From Octopus vulgaris (lineage: Eukaryota), in assembly GCA_951406725.2 (NCBI GenBank), contig OX597820.1, positions 54,436,001 to 54,500,000 on the forward strand: a stretch of DNA of 64,000 nt. Direction: 5' to 3'. Positions 54,529 to 64,000 of the stretch are shown piece after piece (position 1 is the first letter of the stretch; every line of letters starts with the position of its first letter). The notes below the pieces were generated by a model that was given only the letters and a program-made list of their open reading frames with translations, had not been told where the DNA came from and made no database searches. The position numbers and the translations under genes were made by a program.

Positions 54529-55575
54529 CTTTCCTTTTTTGCATAAACGTAATTCTCTGAAGGTTTTTCATTCAAACCTGAATATAAGAATTCTTTGAAA
54601 TAAAAAAATGTTTATTCACAGCCGATCAGAAAAAAAAGTACATAATTGATATACCTTGACATTATGACTAAATGAAGTAAATATCACTGTCTGTGAGATT
54701 TAATCTTTTTGTCTAAACGAATCAGTATGTACCAAAGTTTAGCAACTTCGCGTCATTTTCTTAAACCTTTTGTAGTTTGTCCGTAGAATCCTTTTTCCTG
54801 AAGATGTTCATAAAGCAAGCATCGTTTCCAGTAAACGAAAACTCTAACTCTGTCAATGAATATTTATATATTCCATTTTGGCTAAAACTGTGCGGCTAGA
54901 AAACAAAGTGATTGATTGTTTCCTCACAGAGATTCCACGCATCTCCAAATACTGATATATTTCATTTTATGTTTTTGGTAGTTTGTAGTGGGAAAACATT
55001 GATCCCACATCACACTGAAAAGCAAAAATAATCAGCTAACTTCAGCTTTGAGTCTCTCGTTTCTCAACAGTACTGAGTTTTCTCTTTACACATTCCCTCT
55101 CCACTTAGTCTTGTTTATTAGCCATCTTGAGATTTTTCAGCGACTTCTTTAATCCCCTTTTCAATTGTTCTTTTTTAATAATTTCTATTGCTGTTTCTCC
55201 GCTCATCTCACATCTACTTGTTTACCTTAGCCACTGTTCTACATTTGTTGGCATCTTCAGAGAGAAAACAGACATTTTTTTTTAATTTTTTGTTTTGTTT
55301 TGTTCCATTTATTATTTGTTGCAGTTGTTGTTATTATATGTGTCTGTTTCCCTTAATTTTTTATTTGATATTTATTTGGTAGTTCAAACATAGATATTTT
55401 ATAATAATGTAACCATACCGCTTTGTATTTGGGGTGATTATAATCTTTTTGTGCTGGTTTGTAGCTAATGTACTCTAAATGCAGACGTGCTATTTTTTCT
55501 TTTTCCTTTCCCCATCTAGTTTTGTTCATTTAACTTCCAGTTGAGAGCATTAAGACTGTAATTTATTCTAGGAAA

Positions 55576-55654
<79 letters not shown>

Positions 55655-57522
55655 CATATGTGTATGTGTGTGTTATTTAATGATACATGCTTTTGGTTTT
55701 TGGCTCAATTATTTTTGGGTTTTGTTTAACATTTAGTTTCAAGTATTTATGTGTCTATAATATCCCTTTCTAACATTTTCATGCGTGCGGATGCGCGTAC
55801 TCTTGTGCGTGCGTTTTACTCTGTCTAGATCATTAATTTCCAACTATTCGTAAGTCTCAGCTTTGTTCTAAATCTCTTATCTCTATTCCATTATCTAACA
55901 TGGTATCTGCGGATATTTTTACTAATTTCTCTCCCATTAATGTTGATTTTACTCTAACTGAATTTCATGCCAATTTCCTTTGCTTCATCCGTAGCCATCC
56001 ATTCTCTACCCATATTCCTCCCTCAAACTCTTCTATATTTCTTATTGCAGGCGTTACTTTCAAGTGAGTTTAGTTTTTGCCAAGTTCTTGATAAAATTGT
56101 TTGGTGGGGGTTGAAGACGAATTCACTGTTATTTCTATTTTAAGTGTTGTTCTCATTTTCTCTATCGATGGATTCTTGGCAATATAAGGAGAATTTCTTG
56201 TGATCGACGGTCTTTGATTTCAATACTTAATACACAACACACCATAATTTCCTGACAGTAACAAAACATTTCTCCGAACTCTTGGATTATGTTCTATGTT
56301 ATATTTGATAAGGGGAGTCTTTCCCGAAATGTTATAGAAATGTTAAACAACTTATGTAAGGTAATATAACAATCTTTGTTTTTATTGACTGATTGATATC
56401 AGCTGACATATTTTGCCTAAATTCTCACTTGCATTACACGAAAGCTCTTTAAAACATTTATATCGTTTACACTTTGTAATGCTTTAAACAAATTACAATA
56501 CTCTTTTTATTTATTTATTTCTTTTGTTTTTTACTGGCACGCTGAATTTCATTTGTTTCTTTTTATTGATTTCATTAAGAATTAAAAGCTCTTTACATTT
56601 TATCTTCCATTTTTGTTTGATTTTTTTTTTCGATTCCACATTGTTCTTTAGATTTAGGCTAAAAATTGATTGATCAAAGCTTTCATTTTAGGCATTCCAT
56701 AAGCGACCACCATGTCTTTTTAATGGATGAGCCATCTTTGACTACATTATCTAATATGTGTCTACATATTTTTTTAACTGTGTGGAAGATTTAGTCACAA
56801 TTTCTAGCTGTTTGAACAACCACATAGAAGTTGTTTTTATTCGGTAAACATGTTTTTACGTGAGAACTTTTGACGCGTGGCAGTTTATATTTGGTAACTA
56901 ATTTGACGGCTGCATAAATAATTTTAATTTATCCCGTTTCCAATAATGTTCACATATATTACCAGTAAGTCTACTATAACTTAGTTCGTATTCTTTTGTA
57001 GTCGCTAGGTCATTTGGTCGAATCCTTTGTTGGTCAATGCGGAGCTCTTCGATTGAATTTAATTATTTAACTATACCTACTTTTGGTTTATTGTCATATT
57101 TAGAATTATCCGCGTTGGAAGTTTCTATTGATAAATCTTCCCCACTTTCACATTTATTTATATTTACTTCTGGTTAGGGTTTCTTTTTTATCAATATTAT
57201 ATAGGTAATTTCAGCTTTGATGTTGTGTGTTGATATTTCTTTTGTTTATGCTTGTATTTTGTTTTTGTTTGTTTTGTTGCATTTTGTATTTTTGTTTGTA
57301 TGTATCTTTCTTTTTTTCTTCTTTTTTTTTGCTCCATTCATTGGACTGCAACCATATTGGAGCTCCACCTTGAAGAGTTTAGTCAAACAAATCGACCCCC
57401 CCCCCCCCAATTTTTTTTTTTTTTCAGTTTGCTACATTTTTGGCTGATTTAAGAATACATCTTTAATCTGATAGTCTACAGACATTCGAATTTACTTTCA
57501 GATTAGAGTTACTTTCACTGCA

Positions 57523-57563
<41 letters not shown>

Positions 57564-57565
<2 letters not shown>

Positions 57566-57888
57566 CGTAGGAGGGGGTTTGTGGTAAGTAGCTTGCTTAC
57601 CAACCACATGGTTCCGGGTTCAGTCCCACTGCGTGGCACCTAACCCTAACCTCGGGCCAACCAAAGCCTTGTGAGTGGATTTGATAGGTGGAAACTGAAA
57701 GAAGCCCGTCGTATGTATGTGTGTGTGTTTGTGTGTGTCCCCCCAACATCGCTTGACAACCGAGGCTGGTATGTTTACATCCCCGTAAGCGGTTCGGCAA
57801 AAGATACCGATAGAATAAGTACTAGGCTTACAAAGAATAAGTCCTGGGGTCGATGTGCGTGACTAAAGAGTAAAAGAGAGTAAAGAGT
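57564..57888 (+). mobile_element. SINE family A
   Basis: Collinear with the other copies, with internal deletions. Confidence 0.85.
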
Positions 57889-58598
57889 ATATAATTTGAT
57901 AACAGTCTTACATTGGAAGGTAGAGAATAGTTATAGGAACGTATTCCACTCGTGTCCAGTTTCGCTTGTTTTATTTGTGGACAACGAAGGTATAAAATCT
58001 GGCTATTCATGGAGATTACTATCATTTTCACCAGATACTGTGATGTTTATTTCACGCTATCCAGAATTTTTCATGCTCTATTTTTTTCATTCATTGTATG
58101 CATGAAATTTGAAGCAAGCATTGCATTCTTTTTTAAATTTTGAATCAAATGATACTGTTTTCGTTAATCTAGTTTATGCTCCGTTAGTGTGGTCACTTAA
58201 GGAGTAGTATCCAACAGCAACAGAATCGGTAAAGTTTTAAGCATAAAATTCGTAGTATTTAGTTGTATCACGAAGTTTTGAATTGAAATCTCTTTAGAGT
58301 CGACTTTGATCTATTTTTCTAGGAGCTGATAAATAAACTGAATACAAGACGATTATTAATCGACTATTTCTCACCATTAAAATCTGTTTTTGTATGCCTA
58401 TACTCGAAATTCTTATTGCGGTAGAAGGTTGAGAGACCGGCAAGTGCCCGGACAAATGATCTCTCGTTTGCATATAAGATTTTTCAAACAAATTTAATCC
58501 TCTTTTAAACTGTTCTCTATACCATCCTAAATAAAAAAAATATTGCATTGGTTAACTTTGGCTCAATGAAATTAGTAACATTTAATCAGCAATAACTA

Positions 58599-58985
58599 GG
58601 GGAAGCACTCCGTCGGTTACGACGACGAGGGTTACGGTTGATCCGATCAACGGAACAGCCTGCTCGTGAAATTAACGTGTAAGTGGCTGAGCACCCCACA
58701 GACACGTGTACCCTTAACGTAGTTCTCAGGGATATTCAGCGTGACACAGAGAGTAACAAGGCCGGCCCTTTGAAATACAGGTACAACAGAAACAGGAAGT
58801 AAGAGTGTGAGAAAGTTGTGGTGAAAGAGTACAGCAGGGATCACCACCATCCCTGCCGGAGCCTCGTGGAGCAGATTAAGGTGTTTTCGCTCAATAAACA
58901 CTCACTACGCCCGGTCTGGGAATCGAAACCGCGATCCTACGACTGCGAGTCCGCTGCCCTAACCACTGGGCCATTGCGCCTCCAC
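58599..58985 (-). mobile_element. SINE family C, tail variant 1, full length
   Basis: Near-identical to 34428-34811; TSD CAGCAATAACTA (58587-58598 and 58986-58997). Confidence 0.92.
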
Positions 58986-59583
58986 CAGCAATAACTATAC
59001 TCTTTCCCTGTATATGTGCAGTCTTGTAATATTAGGAAAAAATTGTTCTTTGTTTTAAAAACTTTAAATAAACATATTTTTGAGCGTATTATGAAAACTA
59101 TAGAAACAAAAACAAACCGAGTGATATTTTGAGATAAAGGAAGCCTGATCTGTTACATATGTTCTATTACATTCCATTAGTAGTAGATTACAACTATGCT
59201 TGCAACTCCACCCAATGTAGTAGTGTCATTAGTCAACAAATCAAAACGAGTAAACAGGGAAATCACGCGTTTATTTGAACCAACGTAGGAGCCTAGATTA
59301 GTCCGCTAGAAATAGCTCCAACATCTCCCTTCAATCACATTTCAACAGCTTTAAGAGTGCAAATATTACATGGATAATGTGGTCCTCGACATATTATGTC
59401 AAGTGACAGTGTGAAGGAAGACTGAATGTCTACGGCTGGAATAGACTTATTGTTGGTACTTGTTTCACTAAGTGGACGACATGCTACGCTGGAGCACAGC
59501 CATGTTGGGTTATTCGAACAAATCAACTCAAGTACTTATTTTTTAAATCTGGTACTTTTATCTGCCTCTTTAGCCGAAACGGT

Positions 59584-59626
<43 letters not shown>

Positions 59627-59636
59627 CAGGAACAAA

Positions 59637-60182
59637 CAGTAATGCCTCGATATACGAGTTAATTCATTCCAGAAGACTGCTCGTAAAGTGAAAACTCGTA
59701 AAGCAGAGTAATAATTTCCTATATTAGTAATGTTATAAATCGTAATTCGTTCTTAGAAAAACATTTTACCTATAACATTCATAATACTCGTTAATAAATG
59801 GCAATTAAACGACAGTAGAGTGTAAAGAATATTTTACGTAAAGTAAAAAGAATGTCAAGATCATTTATAATAAAAAATATTATTATTATCGTTTTCTGAA
59901 TCCCTTTCACTCGCACTAGATTCGTGCACAACATCGCTCGTAGATGCGATCGCCGATTCACAAGCAATCGTAGACGGACTTGTAGATCTCTTTTTAAAAA
60001 AAAACAAGTCTAGAGTTGTTTGCTTGGATGCTTTTTTTTTTCCCGCTCTCTATAAATTTCTCGGCAACATACAGAAGCATGTGTTATGGTAGTAGAAACT
60101 TTTGCACTTGGTAAAAAATTAAGTTCTTGTACTTGAAAAATAAAACTCGTAAAGCGGTTCCTCGTAAACTGAGGTATTATTG
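59637..60182. mobile_element. pogo/Tigger-type MITE (about 546 bp)
   Basis: Imperfect TIRs CAGTAATGCCTCGATATACGAG and CTCGTAAACTGAGGTATTATTG, with subterminal CTCGTAAAG repeats. Confidence 0.7.
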
Positions 60183-61365
60183 TGTTTGACCATAAGCTTA
60201 CTTGAACGGGACTAACTTGTGGCTAAACCTGAACTGCTATACTTTATATTACTGGTTATTCCAACTGACGCTTTATTGCATATTTTGTTTCTACTGCTGT
60301 TGTTGCTGTTGCGGCCATTGTGGTTGTTGTTGTTGTTGTTGCTGTTGTTGTTGTTACTGCTATTGATTTTGCTGGGGGTTTTTGTTTTTTGTTTGTTTTC
60401 TCTGTTGTTTTGTAGTTGCTTTTGTTGTTATTGCTGTTGATTTTGTTGTTGCTGCTGTTAATTCTGTTACTTTTTTTGTTGTTTTGTTTTTATTGTTGTT
60501 GTTGTTGGTGGTGGTGGTGGTAGTGGTGGTGGTGACTTTTTTGCTTTTTGTTGCTGTTGTTGTTAGTGTTGTTCTTGTTTTCGTTGTTCTCTTGATGCTG
60601 CTGTTGCTGTTGTTGTTGTTGTTGCTACTGTTGTTCTTCTTGACGACGACGACGACAATGGTGACTATATTATTTAGCTCGATGTTGACTCTAATCCGGC
60701 TGACCTATAATCAAACGCATTCCAGCTCGGAATGATTATATATATTTTTTTTTGTTCCAGATATACTATATCCTACATCCCTGTACTAAATTACCGAATA
60801 TATCCTTGATATTTAAATACTACATGAAACAGGTCGAAGCAACTACGCAATAGGTTTTAAGTTTCAGTCAAGAATGTCACGTTTTTGCAATGCAAAATCT
60901 GTTTCGGTTCATTTGGACATCGAAGCATCAAGGTGCATATGACCTTATAAATTCCATTTATGAAATGCTTATTGTCGATTGGCAAACCCCGTCAGAGCGT
61001 CGAATGAAACGCTTTGCAATGTTTGTTTCGGCTTTCTGCTCTCTGAGTTCAAATTCCATCGAGTGCAGCTTCATTGTTCATCCTTATTCAGTAGACAAAT
61101 GAACTACCAACCTATTGTTGGTGCTGACCTCCCTCTAAAAAAAGTCTCACGCTGCATATGTTTCACTGGATAGATCGTGGGAGGGACGAGACAAAGGAGT
61201 GGGTCCGTGTTTGCTTGGGATCTCATAATGTAGTGAATGTAAGAAAGCAAAGTGCATACTTAGAGTCAAGTCGACCTCGAATTCGACGGCCGTTGTTTGT
61301 TGTATAACTTAATATAACTGTCTTATATACATACATGAGTGTGTGTGTTTGTTTGTGTGTGTGTT

Positions 61366-61413
<48 letters not shown>

Positions 61414-61421
61414 TGTGTGCT

Positions 61422-61457
<36 letters not shown>

Positions 61458-62017
61458 TGTACATTCATACGTGTGCATATGTGTATGACACACCAGAAGG
61501 AACATCAGGAACTAATTTATCAAATGAAAGAAGGACCCTCAAAGAAATCTAGACAAAAGGACAAGAGCAGAAAGATAACCATAGCCGTAGATGAAAGTGG
61601 AGGGATGGGATTTGGGGACGGAAGGGGTTTATGTGATAGCTGGAGCCGTGTTTGTGATGTTGACATAGAGGTTGGTGAAGATGACATTGGTGATAAAATA
61701 GGATTGCGATGCTGCTGGAGATGCTGGTGGTTGCGGGTCATGGTGTTGCTGGTGATGGTGATGGTGATGTATATGTAGATAACATTGAAGATAACAGTGG
61801 CGATGATAGTGTTCAGGTGGCGTCGGTGATGGTGGATACTGGAACAAGTAAAAGAGGGTGTGGTGACGATGCGGGTCGATATGGTGCTGATGATGGTTAT
61901 GGTGGTAATAGCAGGGTAGGTGGAGTGACGGAGTGATGGCGATGAATGGGGATTGTGCTAAAGTAGGAGATGGATGATGATGGTGATGATGATGACGACG
62001 ACGACGACGACGATGAC

Positions 62018-62064
<47 letters not shown>

Positions 62065-62666
62065 CGATGATGATGATCATGATCATGATCATGATCATGA
62101 TGACGATGAGGATGATGATGATGATGGCGACGATGATGGTGACAACGACGACGGCAGTGGTGATGGTTGCGGTGGTGTCGGTTGTGTTGGTGGTGGTGGT
62201 GGTGGTGGTGGTGGGGTGGTGTTAACGATGATGACGATGATGATGATGACGTCGACGATCATGATGATGCAGCAGATGATGAGGGTTGTGAAAAGGGTGT
62301 ATATAAGTGCGATAGTGACGGTGATAAGCATGTATGTGAAGACGGTGGTGATGATGAATATATAGGTGAAGATGGTGGTTGAGCAGATAGTGCAGATAGT
62401 AGCGTCACCACCATAATTCCATTATCACCATTGTCATCTTCACCAACATTATCATCAAAACCAAAGCATCCACCCCCTACTATCCCATAAACTCCCCCCT
62501 CCCCCCATTTCAAACCCATTGCTTTGTATCTACCGGTAATGCTGTTTAGTTTGTTCTTTTGTGTATCTGTCTTGTTTAAATTTCTGTTTGAGAATCCGTC
62601 CTTCATTTGATAATTTAGTCCTTGACATACCTAAGGAAGAAACAAATATATTTTGTTGAACTCATT

Positions 62667-62737
<71 letters not shown>

Positions 62738-63045
62738 TGTGTGTGTGCGTGTGTGTGCAGTCTTTTGTTTATGACCCCTAAAATATCTTGGCGGCCACCT
62801 ACTTGTATTTTCTACTCCTTCGCCTGTCTTTCCTCTCGTTATGTCACACAAGTGTGATCTATGTCCCCACATTTAGACCGGCTGTTGACCCCCCCCCTCG
62901 ATTTTCATTAGTACCATTCCACGTTTGTGGTTTGTGAGGGTCGCAATCACACTCTACCTATTTCCCCTTCCCCTCTCCCCACTGGCCTTCTACCTATCGG
63001 GTATCTTAAATACCCTTGTTGTATGTTTCTGACTTGAATTTCTCA

Positions 63046-63169
63046 TTTGTCTGTCTGAAGAAGCGCTCGGATTGATTATACATGTTGCATTTATCAAGTA
63101 CATCAAAGAACTGCATCTACCGTGTGACAGTTTGTATTACCTAGCACTGAAACATATGTAACAGATAAA
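63046..63169 (+). ncRNA. Type-I hammerhead ribozyme motif with an intact core and a long helix-II loop
   Basis: TTTGTCTGT-CTGAAGA-AGCGCT-(75 nt)-AGCACT-GAAA-C-ATAT-GTA-ACAGATAAA: 9-bp helix I, 5/6-bp helix II, palindromic helix III (ACATATGT) and a GUA triplet. Confidence 0.65.
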
Positions 63170-63251
63170 ATAAATGTATACCAAATTCATGCCTATGTCC
63201 TTTTCTCTCATTAAGTGTGTGAGTGCGCGCGTGCGTATATGTGTGAGTGTG

Positions 63252-63299
<48 letters not shown>

Positions 63300-63305
<6 letters not shown>

Positions 63306-63500
63306 GTAATTTACAGTAAAAACAAAAGACGAAGGCAGGTGTATAAACAACAAGCAGGTGTGTATTAGTTTGATGCTCGGGAAGGTGAGAAAGTCTTTTA
63401 TGTTTCGAGCCAACGCTCTTCAACAGAAAGGAACACGAAGAAATAAACAGAGGAAGAATAAAAAAAAACTTTTAGAGTTAGCGGTCAATTATGCCGACTG
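63300..63500 (-). mobile_element. Penelope pLTR-like repeat containing a variant hammerhead (63395-63430)
   Basis: Homologous to about 45610-45750. Motif CTTT-CTGTTGA-A-GAGC-gttg-GCTC-GAAA-CATA-AAAG. Confidence 0.6.
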
Positions 63501-63626
63501 TATTATATATGATGTATATATGTATGTATGCATGTATGTATGTATGTATGTATATATGCATGTATGCATGTATGCATGTATGTATGCATGTATGTATGTA
63601 TGTATGTATGTATGTATGTATGTATG

Positions 63627-63657
<31 letters not shown>

Positions 63658-63911
63658 CTATTTATAAGTGTGCATGCATATGTTTGCTGGAAATGAATCT
63701 CAGTTTAAACGGAAACCTAAGGTTAAGTGGCTTGTTGTGTAATCACTAAGTGGTTACTGTTATTGTTGTAACGGATCGTGTAGCTCTTGCTGTGGCGGTA
63801 ATGTTCGTCTAAATGTCATTGCAGTAATGATACTGTGTTAGAGCTGTGATGAATAGTATTAGCTTCGGTAATACTCATGTGGTTGCCGTGTTAATATTAG
63901 TAATGTTGTCG

Positions 63912-64000
63912 AAGGCGATGAGCTGGTTGAATTGTAAGCACGCTGGGCGAAATGCTTAGTGGCATTTCGTCTGTCTTTGTGTTCTGAGCTCAAATTCCGC
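63912..64000 (+). mobile_element. SINE-B head, cut off by the window end
   Basis: AAGGCGATGAGCTGG...AAATGCTTAG...CAAATTCCGC. Confidence 0.8.

Noticed and set aside
56051-56063. 13-nt micro-exon (TTATTGCAG|GCGTTACTTTCAA|GTGAGT)
   Set aside because: It would shift the frame and lies in probable TE debris. Such site pairs arise by chance in T-rich DNA.
61495-61549. Apparent minus-strand exon (TTTTGTCTAG|ATTTCTTTG...TCTG|GTGTGT)
   Set aside because: The same sequence recurs diverged and inverted at about 62580-62630, so it is more likely a repeat, and the donor is weak.
61709-62606. Asp-, Gly-, Ser- and Pro-rich ORFs
   Set aside because: Decayed (GAT)n/(GGT)n low-complexity DNA with stops breaking every frame.

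Overview
This is eukaryotic, very AT-rich, essentially non-coding DNA made up of microsatellites ((TAT)n, (TA)n, (TACA)n, (CA)n, (AG)n) and decayed transposable elements. The SINE families and repeat profile suggest an octopus (coleoid cephalopod) genome, probably a large intron or intergenic region; this is recognition from memory, not a database match. Almost all listed long ORFs are microsatellite translation artefacts, and the only plausible host-gene signal is a short ATG-to-donor exon at 482-563. Supported elements: four tRNA-head SINE families, five Tc1/mariner relics, Tigger-, piggyBac- and hAT-type MITEs, a complete non-autonomous Helitron plus a Helitron helicase fragment, fragments of CR1-, R4/Dong-, CRE- and probably Tx1-type LINEs, and Penelope-type hammerhead ribozyme motifs. 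The best leads are: (1) a 184-bp SINE unit with a LINE-like tail that sits at the same nucleotide of a host SINE at three junctions in two loci; (2) hammerhead motifs, one with an intact core and two sharing a variant core; (3) several retroelements embedded in particular microsatellites; (4) a near-perfect ~300-bp inverted repeat. There is no CRISPR array, rRNA gene or true tRNA gene. Coordinates were read by eye, so boundaries of degenerate elements are approximate.
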